DNA of 64,000 bases from Minisyncoccota bacterium (GCA_028718635.1 JAQULK010000001.1:543834-607833), one strand, 5' to 3'. Shown: positions 46,742 to 57,759, counted from the stretch's first letter. Made by a program: numbers and translations. The notes: generated by a model from the letters alone, not told the origin.

Positions 46742-47309
46742 AAATTTTTTTGCGGTAGATGCAAAATACGACTGACAGATTTATCAATACAAAATAAATA
46801 TTAAACGAGTAAATAGAGAAAATCCAATTTTTTACTATCAATAACCCTAGCACACTATTTAAGGCAGCTATCAAATATACAGTACTTGTTTCTGTCTCTG
46901 GAAATTTCCAGGTTTTTATTAGTGTCGGAGTTGCCGCTAAAGCATCGCTTAATATAGCAAACAAAATTGAAATTCCAAGATTGTGAGTGAGTACATAAAA
47001 AATTAAGGCCATCAAAGCAAGAAATCCGCAATATAAATCAAAAGCGTTTATTTTCCAATAACCATTTTTAGTTAAAATTGCCGTAATAATAATTACAAAA
47101 GATAACAAAGCATCCATGAATACAGGAAGACTTACAAGCCCTGCCCCAGCCTTATATTGAAAAAATACTCCTATCAGTGGAGCCAAAACCCAAATGAACC
47201 AAGAAACTAAATTAGGCTTTGCCTGCCCTCTTATTATACTTTTAAGATAAGAAAGGTGACCAAAAAAACTTAAAAGAATAACTATAAAAATTATATTTTC
47301 TGGAAGCAT
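46731..47309 (-). CDS. hypothetical multi-pass membrane protein
   Basis: 192-aa hydrophobic ORF, KPNLVSWFIW, PTLIKTWKFPETET. Confidence 0.75.
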   Translation of the reverse strand: MLPENIIFIVILLSFFGHLSYLKSIIRGQAKPNLVSWFIWVLAPLIGVFFQYKAGAGLVSLPVFMDALLSFVIIITAILTKNGYWKINAFDLYCGFLALMALIFYVLTHNLGISILFAILSDALAATPTLIKTWKFPETETSTVYLIAALNSVLGLLIVKNWIFSIYSFNIYFVLINLSVVFCIYRKKIFKS

Positions 47310-47318
47310 GAAATTTTT

Positions 47319-47353
47319 ATTATCACTTTGTGACGGCCGTTAAATTTGACAAC
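47319..47353. repeat. hairpin Y, copy 2 (3' of paralog 5)
   Basis: ATTATCACTTTGTGACGGCCGTTAAATTTGACAAC. Confidence 0.75.
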
Positions 47354-47356
47354 ACA

Positions 47357-49105
47357 CTAATACACCTCCCCCTGATAACATTTCTCACAATAAATAATTT
47401 CAGGACGTTCCGGAGCATAACTGGTCTCAAACTCTACAGGGCATTTACCTATATGGGTATGGGTAGTCTTTTCACACATGCAGGCTCTATGCCAAAGCTT
47501 TAAGGGATTCCTTTGTTTCAGTCTTTGGTAATGTCTGCAATTAGGACAGAGATGAGGTAAAGGTAGATTCATTCTTTGGTAGAATTGGAGTTCTGGAGCA
47601 ATGATTTTGAAGGCTTCGGTGCATTGTTCATTGCATTTGCCTTGATGTTCGCATTCTATGACTTTCCCTAGGATGGATTCATCTACGTCTTGGATGTTGT
47701 CCGGAATGTCTGTTGTTTTAATGTCTAGGGTATAGTTTCTTTCTTCTGCATCTTTCCATTGGTAACCTTGTTTTAAAGCTTCTTCTTTGGTTAAAGGAAA
47801 GTATTCTTGAGCGATGGTTTCGTTGTAACAGAAAGGGCTTAATTCTGTTGGAAAGAACTCTCCGTATTTATATACTCTACCCTTTGCATCAATGTAGGGC
47901 ATGTCGTTCATGTGCTGGATGATTTTGGGGACTAGTTCTTCGTATTGTTCTTTGGTGTATTGGTGGTTGAGGATGCAGTAGGATTTGTTGCGGAGGCCGA
48001 CGCAGCCAAATAAATTCGAGCAATTATAACAAATAACAGAATACTGCACATTTTGCGATTCTCTTATCTCGACTGAAAAATTTATTTTAGAAGAAGAAAC
48101 TCCTGCGGCAACACTTTCGTAAATAAGTTCACCACCTACTCCACAAGCAATCCCATCATACATATCTCGCACACCACCTCCTAGCCAAAAAGCAAATTTA
48201 CTATCTTCATTTTTTCCATCTACACAGTCAAAAATATATTTGCAGTTTTTGGCGTCTATAATATAGTCCCCGGTAGTGTTTTGCATGCGTACAAAAGAAG
48301 CAAATTTCTTCGGAAGTTTTAATTTTAAGTCTTCAAATTCTTTTTTGTTTTTAATCAAATTACTGTAATTACCTAATTTTAGCCTATCTATTTCTTTAAT
48401 ATAATCGTCTTTCGTATAGGCAATGTTAAAAACATGATACTGTTTATTTCGCAACCCAACACAACCGAAGCAATTTGAACAATTTTTGCAATCATACATT
48501 AAAAATGATTCCACGCAATTTGAACAATTTTCTCCAAAAAATAATTTATATGAATTTTGACAATTTATGTTTTCATAACAGAATTCGACTTTATCAGTAA
48601 AATAAATATCCACAGAATCTCTAGAACTAAAAGGACGATTACCATAAATAATATTTTCTCCCCATCCGCCACCAAAAGTTAAGTAACAGTTCTTGCTGTC
48701 ATCCATCCAATTTACATATTCACAATTTACATTGTTTTTATTGGTTAGATTGCTTCTGGGAACTTTTAGAAATAAATCATTGAACTGTTCGAAAAAAGTC
48801 TTGGAAAAATCATAATCTCTGCCAAAATCCATCGGTGACCAAGAATCTCCCCACCAATATTTTTGATCATACACTACTCCGCTGCCTGGTGAATAAGCAG
48901 AAAATATTTGTTCTTCGTGGCCTAAGGCATCACATTTTCTCTTATATAAAGTTCTCTCATTCCTAAAATTCATCCGTCTTACCATACGGCAAGACCAACA
49001 CCAGGTCGGGGCTGGAACCTTCATTTTTTTATAAAAACTAAAATCGTCAGAATCAATGGTGAAGTCTTTTTTACAGTTTTGACAGATTTTTGTTTGTGGC
49101 GCCAT
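47357..49105 (-). CDS. Cys-rich family paralog 5
   Basis: Family motifs; starts 1 nt after the dnaJ stop; 3' third shared with paralog 1. Confidence 0.9.
   Translation of the reverse strand: MAPQTKICQNCKKDFTIDSDDFSFYKKMKVPAPTWCWSCRMVRRMNFRNERTLYKRKCDALGHEEQIFSAYSPGSGVVYDQKYWWGDSWSPMDFGRDYDFSKTFFEQFNDLFLKVPRSNLTNKNNVNCEYVNWMDDSKNCYLTFGGGWGENIIYGNRPFSSRDSVDIYFTDKVEFCYENINCQNSYKLFFGENCSNCVESFLMYDCKNCSNCFGCVGLRNKQYHVFNIAYTKDDYIKEIDRLKLGNYSNLIKNKKEFEDLKLKLPKKFASFVRMQNTTGDYIIDAKNCKYIFDCVDGKNEDSKFAFWLGGGVRDMYDGIACGVGGELIYESVAAGVSSSKINFSVEIRESQNVQYSVICYNCSNLFGCVGLRNKSYCILNHQYTKEQYEELVPKIIQHMNDMPYIDAKGRVYKYGEFFPTELSPFCYNETIAQEYFPLTKEEALKQGYQWKDAEERNYTLDIKTTDIPDNIQDVDESILGKVIECEHQGKCNEQCTEAFKIIAPELQFYQRMNLPLPHLCPNCRHYQRLKQRNPLKLWHRACMCEKTTHTHIGKCPVEFETSYAPERPEIIYCEKCYQGEVY
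47383..47868. repeat. 486-nt exact direct repeat of 17249-17734
   Basis: Base-by-base comparison, offset 30134. Confidence 0.92.
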
Positions 49106-49106
49106 T

Positions 49107-50225
49107 TTATATCCCCTCTTTTTTAAGTTCTTCTATTGTTGCACGAGCTTGACGAGAGAGTTTGGTTGGAAGTTTTATGTTGAGTTTAATTAATAGATCC
49201 CCTCTTTTATTTTTTGCAAAAGGCACACCCTTGCCACGAACGCGCAGGATCTCATTTACAGAAACTCCTTCCGGAATCGTCACTTCGATTTCTCCATCCA
49301 AAGTTTGAATAGGATATTTAGTTCCGAGGAGCGCATCGGAGAGTTTTAAATTCAAATTCATCACTAGGTCATTTCCCTCTCGCTTGAATATAGGATGCGG
49401 AGCCACATTTATTTTTATATAAAGATCCCCCGTAGTGCCTTTAGAAACTGCCTCTCCGTAGCCTGTCATGCGAATCATCTCGCCATCGCGAATGCCGGCT
49501 GGAATGACAATGGAAACTTCTTCCTCGCGACGAAGTACTCCTTTGCCTTTACATTTTTCACAAACTTCTTTCGGCACTTCGCCTGTACCCAGACAGACTT
49601 CGCAAGTTTTCGTACTGGCGATATTTCCAAAAATTGTTCTTTTTGATTCGCGAATGCGTCCCTGTCCATTGCAATTTTTACAGGTTTCCATTTTAGTTCC
49701 AGGTTTCGCGCCGGAACCTTTACAAGTCTCGCAGGTGGAAGTTTTGGTAATTAAAACTTTTCTGGTTACGCCAAAGATAGAATCAGCGAAAGAAATTTGA
49801 ATCTCCGTAGAGATATCTCTGCCTCGACGCGCTTCTTGTCTTCCTCCGCCCATTCCGCCTCCGAAGAAATCACTGAAAATATCATTGAGGTCAAACTCGG
49901 CAGAACCGTTTTGAAAACCGCCAAAGCCCTGCCCAGAAAAATTACTGAAATCAAAACCACCGAAGCCACCTTGCCTTGGGTCGCCGTAGCCTCCGGCAGA
50001 GGCACCTCCCATATTTTCAAAACCTGATCCGAATTGATCATACTTTGAACGCTTGGCGTCGTCGGAAAGCACTTGATAAGCTTCGTTGGCTTGCTTAAAT
50101 TTTGCTTCATTACCGCCCTTTTTATCAGGGTGATATTTCTGCGCCAACTTATAAAAAGCCTTCTTGATTTCATCTTTAGAGGCAGTTTTATTCACACCTA
50201 AAATGTCATAATAGTCTTTATTCAT
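49107..50225 (-). CDS. dnaJ: chaperone DnaJ
   Basis: J domain with HPD, G/F region, four CxxCxGxG repeats. Confidence 0.98.
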   Translation of the reverse strand: MNKDYYDILGVNKTASKDEIKKAFYKLAQKYHPDKKGGNEAKFKQANEAYQVLSDDAKRSKYDQFGSGFENMGGASAGGYGDPRQGGFGGFDFSNFSGQGFGGFQNGSAEFDLNDIFSDFFGGGMGGGRQEARRGRDISTEIQISFADSIFGVTRKVLITKTSTCETCKGSGAKPGTKMETCKNCNGQGRIRESKRTIFGNIASTKTCEVCLGTGEVPKEVCEKCKGKGVLRREEEVSIVIPAGIRDGEMIRMTGYGEAVSKGTTGDLYIKINVAPHPIFKREGNDLVMNLNLKLSDALLGTKYPIQTLDGEIEVTIPEGVSVNEILRVRGKGVPFAKNKRGDLLIKLNIKLPTKLSRQARATIEELKKEGI

Positions 50226-50240
50226 AACATTATTCGACTA

Positions 50241-51755
50241 TTATATCATAGGCTCAGCCTCTTGTGAAGTTTTAGTTTCTATTTTTTGATTATTTTCCTT
50301 AATCTCTGATTCTTCAGATATTTCTTCTCCCCTTTCTTTTGCTTTTCTTTTAGCTTTTCCTTCAATAATAGCCTTTTCTTCCGCACTTCGAATGATGGTA
50401 GCTTCTTCTTCAGCGATAAGTTTTGCCGCATCGTCTTTTGAAATTGAGTACTTCCTACGCGAGGCATCAACAATTTCTTTTCTATAAGACGGATGTGTGG
50501 GCGCTAAAACCCGCAAGGTCTCAGCGGAAAATGGATCATAAGATTCTCCATCGATGGTCATCTTGATATAAATTTCTCCTACTGCGAGATTGATCATATC
50601 TTTCACATCAAAGAGTGGCGCAAATTCTGGTTTCATTTTGACGGCATCTTCACCACCAACACGAAAAGTAATGATACTACCGCAATTTCCGAGCACTGCC
50701 TGATGAACTTTCGTAATAATTTGGCCCACATACTGGTGGGCGATAGTTAAGTTTAATCCGTACTTTCTAGCCTCGGATAATATATTTTCAAAAGTTTGGG
50801 TGACGACATTTTGGAACTCATCTACGTATAAATAAAAATCTGTGCGGTCTTTTTCCGGAATAGCCGCACGTTCCATGCCGGCTTGTTTTATTTTTGTCAA
50901 AAACATTGAACCCAAAAAGGAAGAATTTTCTTCTCCAAGTCGGCCCTTGGAAAGGTTGATGAAAATTATTTTTCCTTCATTCATCAGCTTACTGATATCA
51001 ATCTTATTCTGTTTCTGACCGAAAATATTTCGAAGTAATGGATCGGAAAGAAATTGGCCGAGCTTGTTTACGAGCGGGATGATAGCGTCCGTATCGAATT
51101 TCTCCGACCAGTCGGCAAATTCTATAGCGAAGAATCTTTTGACCATATCGTCGGTAATATATTCCACCACTTTTTGCCTGTAATTCCTGTCAGTCAACAT
51201 TGAGATCATCCCACGCATAGTAGCATGCGGATAATCAAGCAAGGCCAAACAAGTAAAACGAAAAACGTGCTCCAGACGAGGAGTCCAGTTGGCTCCGAAT
51301 TGCTTTTGAAATACTTCGATCAATCCTTGGGTCAATTGGAATTTAAACATCGGATCGACATTTGCGAGCGGATTGAAAGAAGCTGGAAAATCAATATCTG
51401 GCGGATCTATAATGCAGACATCTTCTATACGTTCTTTTGGTATATAGTCCAGCATCGCGTCAATCACATCGCCGTGCGGATCGATCAGGCACAAGCCATG
51501 ACCATAAGTCACATCTTGCCTGAGCATGAGTTCTAGAAGTTTCGTTTTACCAACACCAGACTTTCCGATGATATAAAGATGTCTTCGTCTATCTATTCTT
51601 TTTATTCCAAAAATAAATTTTTTCTCTTCTAAAGAAGCAACGTAATTTGTCCGTCCGATAAAAGAAACTTCAGCCGGATCTACTTTGCCGAACACAGGCA
51701 GTTCTGGTGGTGGTGGTCCGTATTTTATTATTTGCACTCGATTCGGCTTGGGCAT
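50241..51755 (-). CDS. VirD4/TraG-like (FtsK-HerA superfamily) ATPase
   Basis: GKSGVGKT, IDPHGD, YVDEFQ, LSEARKY. Confidence 0.88.
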   Translation of the reverse strand: MPKPNRVQIIKYGPPPPELPVFGKVDPAEVSFIGRTNYVASLEEKKFIFGIKRIDRRRHLYIIGKSGVGKTKLLELMLRQDVTYGHGLCLIDPHGDVIDAMLDYIPKERIEDVCIIDPPDIDFPASFNPLANVDPMFKFQLTQGLIEVFQKQFGANWTPRLEHVFRFTCLALLDYPHATMRGMISMLTDRNYRQKVVEYITDDMVKRFFAIEFADWSEKFDTDAIIPLVNKLGQFLSDPLLRNIFGQKQNKIDISKLMNEGKIIFINLSKGRLGEENSSFLGSMFLTKIKQAGMERAAIPEKDRTDFYLYVDEFQNVVTQTFENILSEARKYGLNLTIAHQYVGQIITKVHQAVLGNCGSIITFRVGGEDAVKMKPEFAPLFDVKDMINLAVGEIYIKMTIDGESYDPFSAETLRVLAPTHPSYRKEIVDASRRKYSISKDDAAKLIAEEEATIIRSAEEKAIIEGKAKRKAKERGEEISEESEIKENNQKIETKTSQEAEPMI

Positions 51756-51810
51756 AACTAGATATATTTTAGCATAATTTAGGCTTAATTACATTCAAAA
51801 ATAAAATTTT

Positions 51811-51844
51811 CTATAAAACTAGACGACCGCATTGTTTTATAGTA
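51811..51844. repeat. hairpin X, copy 2 (3' of paralog 6)
   Basis: CTATAAAACTAGACGACCGCATTGTTTTATAGTA. Confidence 0.75.
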
Positions 51845-51849
51845 TGAAA

Positions 51850-53574
51850 TTAATATACCTCCTGCTGATAGCATTTTTCACAATACACTATCTCAGGCCG
51901 ATCTGGAGCATAACTCGTCTCAAATTCTACTTCGCATTTTTTAGTTCCGTGAGAATGATTGGTCTTGTCGCACATACACTGCCTGTGCCAAAGTTTTAAT
52001 GGATTAACTTTTTTAAATCTCTCCTGATGCCTGCACTCAAAACATTTTCTAGGCAATGGCAACTTAAATTTTTTCAAAAAAAGATATTCGTTTTGAATAA
52101 TTTTATAAGGTCTTTTGCAGGAAGCGCATTCAATAACTAAATTAATGATATCCTCCTCAGTATTATTGATATGATCTGGTAAATCCTTCGCTTCACAAGT
52201 AGCACTGTATTCTGGTTTGGCCTTCTCGATATAGTTGTAACCTTCATTTAAAATATTTTCCTTAGAAAATGGAAAATAATCTTGCGCAACGGTTTCATTA
52301 TAACCAAAAGGAGAAAGCTCTATTGGAAAATATTCACCATAAGAATATGAATTCCCCTTTTTATCAAAATAAGGCACCTTCGCCATCTGCTCAATAATCT
52401 GTAACCGTAATTCTTCAAATTTTTCTTTAGAATACTGTTTGTTAAAAATACAATAACTTTTATTTCGAAGACCTACACAACCAAAAATATTATTACAACC
52501 ATGACAATTAAAACAATATTCAGCATTTAAACACTCCCAAACTGTTAAGGTGAATAATTGTCTAGACCCATAAACCCCAGAATCCATAGCCTCATAAATC
52601 AATTCTGATTTTTCTCCCGTACCATAAGCGTCATAACTATCTTTTTCACCATTAACCGCGTTAATCACATATTTACAATCTTTCATATCATCTTGAATGG
52701 CAAAGCAATGATGACAATTTTTGGCATGAAAAATATCATCTCCAGAAACATCGACAGAATTTATAATGTTAGCAAATCTTCTGATGGTCTTTAATTTTAG
52801 CTTTTCAAATTCTTCGCTTACTTTTTTAAAATTTTCAAAATTTCCGAGATCTAATTCTTTAAGCTTTTTATCGTACTCTTCTTTGGTCAATTGAACATTC
52901 CACATACAATTAGACTTATTGCGGAGACCAGTGCAACCAAAACAATTTATGCAGTTTTTGCAATCGTAAAGAAAATATGAGCTAGTGCAAGAGTCTGCAT
53001 TATGAGAAAAAAAGGTTTCATAACATTTCAAGGAAGAAACATCTTCATAACAGAATTCGCAATCCTTTACTGTAAACATATCCATGCAATCTTTGCAGGA
53101 ATTGGCGCGCGAGGAATAAGAAATATTCTCGCCTATCCAAGATGCCGATACAAGAAAGGAATTTCTGAATTCGCCGATATAATTGCCATAGGAAGTATTG
53201 ACGCATCTTCCGATAAAAAGGTTTGGTTGAGGAGTTTTTTCCAACAACTCTCGAAATTGCTCAAAGAATAGCCTATTAAAATCATATTCTAAACCATAGT
53301 CCAAAGGATCCCACTCATCGCTCCACCAGATATCTCTCTCATAAATAGTAAATGGGGAATCCGATGAAAAACAACTGATCAGACTCTTGCCAGTTTTTGC
53401 GCATTTATTCCTGTGCAACGCACGTTCGTTTCGCCAAGCAAAACGCCTTTGCATTCGACAATCAGAACAAAAAGTAGGCGGTGGCACTTTTATTTTTTCG
53501 TAAAAATTAAAATCTTCTTGTTCTATCAGAAAATTTTGTTTACAATTTTGACAATTTTTTGTTTCTGCATTCAT
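51850..53574 (-). CDS. Cys-rich family paralog 6
   Basis: Family motifs; start MNAETK (alternatively 53586). Confidence 0.9.
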   Translation of the reverse strand: MNAETKNCQNCKQNFLIEQEDFNFYEKIKVPPPTFCSDCRMQRRFAWRNERALHRNKCAKTGKSLISCFSSDSPFTIYERDIWWSDEWDPLDYGLEYDFNRLFFEQFRELLEKTPQPNLFIGRCVNTSYGNYIGEFRNSFLVSASWIGENISYSSRANSCKDCMDMFTVKDCEFCYEDVSSLKCYETFFSHNADSCTSSYFLYDCKNCINCFGCTGLRNKSNCMWNVQLTKEEYDKKLKELDLGNFENFKKVSEEFEKLKLKTIRRFANIINSVDVSGDDIFHAKNCHHCFAIQDDMKDCKYVINAVNGEKDSYDAYGTGEKSELIYEAMDSGVYGSRQLFTLTVWECLNAEYCFNCHGCNNIFGCVGLRNKSYCIFNKQYSKEKFEELRLQIIEQMAKVPYFDKKGNSYSYGEYFPIELSPFGYNETVAQDYFPFSKENILNEGYNYIEKAKPEYSATCEAKDLPDHINNTEEDIINLVIECASCKRPYKIIQNEYLFLKKFKLPLPRKCFECRHQERFKKVNPLKLWHRQCMCDKTNHSHGTKKCEVEFETSYAPDRPEIVYCEKCYQQEVY

Positions 53575-53590
53575 AAAATTTCTCAACTCG

Positions 53591-53643
53591 CCTCACCCCT
53601 TGCTTTCCCCTCTCCATTACTATGGAGAGGGGCTGGGGAGAGG
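53591..53643. repeat. REP-like CCCCTCTCC/GGAGAGGGG hairpin
   Basis: CCTCACCCC...CCCCTCTCCA-TTACTA-TGGAGAGGGG...GGGGAGAGG. Confidence 0.75.
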
Positions 53644-53647
53644 TTTT

Positions 53648-55792
53648 CTATTCTAAAATTTTTCTTAAAACATCTTCTGGTACTTCCCTCGGCTGTAGCC
53701 CTCCTACGGGCGAAGCTGGTGTTTTTGGCTTTTGGGGAGTTTCTTCCCCTCCTTGTGAAGGAGGGGTGCCTGCCTGCCGGTCAGGCAGGGCTTCAGCCGG
53801 GGTGGTGATTTTTTTCGTAATCAAATCTTTTAATTTATTCATATTTTCCGGAGTAGCTGCGCGGTCAACACCTATTGGACTGACAGGCTTTTTTACTTCC
53901 CTCGGCTGTAGCCCGCCTATGGGCGAAGCTTGCATTTTATTTTTTAGAGAATCAAGTGAAATGGGAGTAGGTGTGGAAACAGGCGTTGGTGTGGATTTAG
54001 TTTCTTCTACTACTACTTTATTTAAAACTTCTCTTAATGCTGAATTGTCCCCATTTACTCGTTTCACAGGAGCTCCACTAATGCGAGCTGGATAAACGGG
54101 TTTGACTTTAACTGGAACTTTTTTAGTAAAAACTTTTTTTATAGACTTAAATACACTAGGCTTGCTTGCTAAAGCAATATCTTTTTCTCCTCTTTCTTGA
54201 TATCTATGTTCTTCTTCAACTCCTCCATTCTTTTGTTTAAATTCTATACCTAAATCAGCCAATGGTTTATAAAATTTAGATTCATCATACTTAATTTGAT
54301 CTTGCCCCCTTTTTTCCACCTTAACTTCTCCAGATTTTATTTTTGCTATACATTCCTTACAATAAACTGCTCGGCCTGGTTCAGGCTTGAAAGGTACCGT
54401 CTTTTCTAACTTACAAAGAGAACAAATTACGGGAAACTTTTCCAAATTTCCATTTCCGTTAGTGTCAGGATAATTGCCCAAGGACATTCCGCTCCAGTTA
54501 TTGATTTCTCTTTCCACTGCCTCGCGAGGCCTACAATAAAGATCCCGGGATGATTTTATTACCTCTTCTTCTATTTTTTTATTACCCGACTTTACTATCG
54601 GAGGCAAAGTCCTAGCGGAAAATGGACGGGAGGTCACGCCATCGATCATCAACTTCAGATAAATTTTATAGTTTGGCAAGTTTACAATATCAGAAGGAGT
54701 GAATTCTGGATCAAATTCTTTTTCTAAAAAGTCTGCATCGTCCGAGCCGACCCTAAAAACTATCATTGTGCCGACGTTACCAAAAACAGCATCACGCACC
54801 GCAGAACTCTTATCAGAAATAAGTTGCGCAGTGTACTGGTGCGCCACCGTCAAATTCAGCCTGTATTTTCTAGCTTCAGACAAAATACCCGCAAAAGCAT
54901 CCGTCACAAAGTTTTGGAATTCGTCGACATAAAGGTAAAAGTCTTTGCGGTATTCCTCAGGGATGCGCACTCGTTCCATCGCGGCTAGTTGAATCTTGGT
55001 AATGATCATTCCTCCTAATAGCCCGGAATTGTCTTCACCGATTCGTCCCTTGGAAACATTCACGAGAAAAATCTTCCCGTCATTCATAATGTCGAAAATG
55101 TTGATCGTACTTACAGATTGGCCGACGACATTGCGGATAATCGAGGTCGAAAGAAATTGCCCGACTTTGTTTTGAATCGGCGCGATGGCCTCATTTCTGA
55201 ATTTATCCTGCCAAGCTTCATACTCATGGACCCAGAAGGCTTTTATAACCGGATCTTTTAGATTAGAAATTATTTTCTGGCGGTAATCTTTGTCTACAAG
55301 CATTCGGGGAATTCCAAGCAGGGTCGTTCCCGGAGTATCGAGCAATGCCAAAATACAATTATTTAAAATATATTCCATTCGGGCACTCCAAGCGTTCGCC
55401 CAGATTTTCGTAAAAATACCCATGAGTCCGGACGCTACCAGATGCTTATATTGCGGATCAATTAATTCCAAAACATTAAAACCGATATGATAATCCGTGT
55501 CTGCCGGATTAAAATAAACTACATCTTTCATTCGCTCCGGCGGAATAGCAGAAAGGACGCCTTCGACGAGTTCTCCGTGCGGATCGACTACGCAGACTCC
55601 TTCGCCGTTCTGAATATTCTGAACTATCATATTAAACATCAAGGCAGATTTACCGGTACCGGACTTTCCGAGAATATAAACATGCTGACGCCTGTCCTTG
55701 CGTTTGATGCCAAAGAGTTGATTTTTGTCGCGAAAAGATGTGAGCCCAAGATAAGTAATATCTCTATTTTTTGGTATTTCTGGCAGTTCCAT
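53648..55792 (-). CDS. VirD4/TraG-like ATPase with CxxC-x17-CxxC domain and repeat-laden tail
   Basis: GKSGTGKS, VDPHGE, YVDEFQ, LSEARKY, CSLC-x17-CKEC. Confidence 0.9.
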   Translation of the reverse strand: MELPEIPKNRDITYLGLTSFRDKNQLFGIKRKDRRQHVYILGKSGTGKSALMFNMIVQNIQNGEGVCVVDPHGELVEGVLSAIPPERMKDVVYFNPADTDYHIGFNVLELIDPQYKHLVASGLMGIFTKIWANAWSARMEYILNNCILALLDTPGTTLLGIPRMLVDKDYRQKIISNLKDPVIKAFWVHEYEAWQDKFRNEAIAPIQNKVGQFLSTSIIRNVVGQSVSTINIFDIMNDGKIFLVNVSKGRIGEDNSGLLGGMIITKIQLAAMERVRIPEEYRKDFYLYVDEFQNFVTDAFAGILSEARKYRLNLTVAHQYTAQLISDKSSAVRDAVFGNVGTMIVFRVGSDDADFLEKEFDPEFTPSDIVNLPNYKIYLKLMIDGVTSRPFSARTLPPIVKSGNKKIEEEVIKSSRDLYCRPREAVEREINNWSGMSLGNYPDTNGNGNLEKFPVICSLCKLEKTVPFKPEPGRAVYCKECIAKIKSGEVKVEKRGQDQIKYDESKFYKPLADLGIEFKQKNGGVEEEHRYQERGEKDIALASKPSVFKSIKKVFTKKVPVKVKPVYPARISGAPVKRVNGDNSALREVLNKVVVEETKSTPTPVSTPTPISLDSLKNKMQASPIGGLQPREVKKPVSPIGVDRAATPENMNKLKDLITKKITTPAEALPDRQAGTPPSQGGEETPQKPKTPASPVGGLQPREVPEDVLRKILE

Positions 55793-55824
55793 ATAGTTAT
55801 TATTTTACAACAAAATCACAAAAA

Positions 55825-55851
55825 CAAAAAGCCCCTTGAAGGGGCTTTTTG
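55825..55851 (-). terminator. dnaK terminator
   Basis: CAAAAAGCCCCTT-G-AAGGGGCTTTTTG. Confidence 0.88.
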
Positions 55852-55854
55852 TAG

Positions 55855-57759
55855 TTACGCCTTAGGCTCTTCGCCTTCAGGACCTTTTTCTTTAAACTCA
55901 GCGTCTTTGACTTCGGCTGGTTGTTCTTCGGGAGTTCCAGCTGGAGGAGTTTCGGTCCCTGCCTTTGCCATTGCTTCTCCTATCTTAGACATTTCAGCAG
56001 AAAGTTCTTCAGTGGCTTTTTTGATCGCCTCTCCATCGGTGCCATCTTTCACCCCTCGCAACGCAGTTATCTTTGCATTCACTTCATCTTTTAATTCTGC
56101 AGGAATTTTTGCTTCATTGTCTTTGAGCGCTTTTTCTGCAGTGTAAATTATCATCTCTGCAGTGTTTTTCACTTCTGCATTTTCTTTCTTTTTCTTATCC
56201 TCTTCAGCATGAAGCTCTGCATCAGCTTGCATTTTCTTGATGTCTTCTTCCTTGAGCCCGGAACTGGCTTCGATTTTAATTGATTGAGTTTTTCCAGATG
56301 CTTTATCTTTTGCAGAAACGTTTAGGATTCCATTTACATCCACATCAAAAGCAACTTCAATCTGGGGCATGCCACGAGGAGCTGGTGGAACTCCATCTAA
56401 AATAAATCGGCCTAGAGATTTGTTGTCAGATGCCATCGGGCGTTCTCCTTGCACAATATGTATTTCTACAGAAGTTTGATTGTCAGCAGCAGTAGAAAAT
56501 GTTTGGGACTTACTCGAAGGAATAGTGGTATTTCTTTCAATTAATTTTGTAGCCACTCCTCCTAAAGTCTCAATCCCTAAGGATAGAGGAATCACATCCA
56601 GAAGCAACACATCACGAACATCCCCTTGCAACACGCCTGCTTGGACGGCTGCACCGAGCGCCACGACTTCATCAGGGTTAATAGACATATTTGGAACTTT
56701 GCCGAAAAGATTTTGTACTGCAGAAACTATGGCTGGCATTCTCGTCTGACCGCCCACCATGATAATTTCATTAATTTCATTCATCTTAAATGGAGAAGCG
56801 GAAAGAGCTCTTTTAGTAATTTCAATGGATCGATCTATGTATTCCTTAGCAAGAGATTCCAACATCGCACGAGACATCTTGAGCAATAAATGCTTTGGAC
56901 CAGAAGCATCAGAAGTAATAAAAGGAATATTTATTTCAGTTTCCGTAGTGGTAGAAAGTTCATGCTTAGCTTTTTCGGCAGCTTCTTTTAGTCTTTGGTG
57001 CGCCAGAGGATCTTTGATCACATCAATACCAGATTCTTTTTTATATTCTTCAGCTATCCACCCTATTATTTTTCTATCAATATCCCCTCCGCCCATATGG
57101 CTGTCTCCATCGGTGGATTTAACTTCAATAACGTCATCGCCTATTTCTAATACAGACACATCAAAAGTTCCTCCGCCGAAATCGTAAACAACTATCTTTT
57201 CATTTTTCTTTTTATTAAATCCATAAGCAAGCGCTGCAGCCGTTGGTTCGTTGATGATACGCTTTACATCGAGCCCAGCGATAGCTCCTGCATCTTTGGT
57301 CGCTTTTCTTTGGGCATCATTAAAATATGCTGGAACTGTTATTATAGCCTCAGTAATTTTTTCTCCTAACTTTGCTTCAACGTCGGCTTTTATTTTTTGT
57401 AGAATAATCGCGGAAATTTCTTCTGGTCGATAAAACTTATCTGCCATTTTTATTTTTACTCCGCCTCCATCTCCCGCTTCAATTTTAAATGAAGCTGTTT
57501 CGCGATCCTTTTGCACTTCTGGATCATCAAATCGATGTCCCATATAGCGTTTTATTTCAGCAATGGTGTTTTCTGGATTTGTAACCGCTTGTCTTTTTGC
57601 TAAAAGGCCGACGATGCGATCTCCATTTTTTGCAGTCGCTACGACAGAGGGTGTCGTACGATTGCCTTCTACATTCTCTATAATCTTCGGTGCACCGCCT
57701 TCAATGACAGCTACTGCCGAATTTGTTGTTCCTAAATCTATACCTATTATTTTTGACAT
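55855..57759 (-). CDS. dnaK: chaperone DnaK
   Basis: [33 protein letters not shown]. Confidence 0.99.
   Translation of the reverse strand: MSKIIGIDLGTTNSAVAVIEGGAPKIIENVEGNRTTPSVVATAKNGDRIVGLLAKRQAVTNPENTIAEIKRYMGHRFDDPEVQKDRETASFKIEAGDGGGVKIKMADKFYRPEEISAIILQKIKADVEAKLGEKITEAIITVPAYFNDAQRKATKDAGAIAGLDVKRIINEPTAAALAYGFNKKKNEKIVVYDFGGGTFDVSVLEIGDDVIEVKSTDGDSHMGGGDIDRKIIGWIAEEYKKESGIDVIKDPLAHQRLKEAAEKAKHELSTTTETEINIPFITSDASGPKHLLLKMSRAMLESLAKEYIDRSIEITKRALSASPFKMNEINEIIMVGGQTRMPAIVSAVQNLFGKVPNMSINPDEVVALGAAVQAGVLQGDVRDVLLLDVIPLSLGIETLGGVATKLIERNTTIPSSKSQTFSTAADNQTSVEIHIVQGERPMASDNKSLGRFILDGVPPAPRGMPQIEVAFDVDVNGILNVSAKDKASGKTQSIKIEASSGLKEEDIKKMQADAELHAEEDKKKKENAEVKNTAEMIIYTAEKALKDNEAKIPAELKDEVNAKITALRGVKDGTDGEAIKKATEELSAEMSKIGEAMAKAGTETPPAGTPEEQPAEVKDAEFKEKGPEGEEPKA

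Noticed and set aside
17249-48005. Diversity-generating retroelement (template and variable repeat)
   Set aside because: No reverse transcriptase in the window, both copies are in intact ORFs, and the mismatches are not adenine-specific.
53413-54095. Plus-strand ORFs of 131 and 157 aa
   Set aside because: Antisense to paralog 6 and the ATPase tail, kept open by GC-rich palindromic repeats.
50241-55792. Conjugative element/ICE
   Set aside because: No relaxase, integrase, att sites or mating-pair genes; the ATPases sit among chaperone genes.
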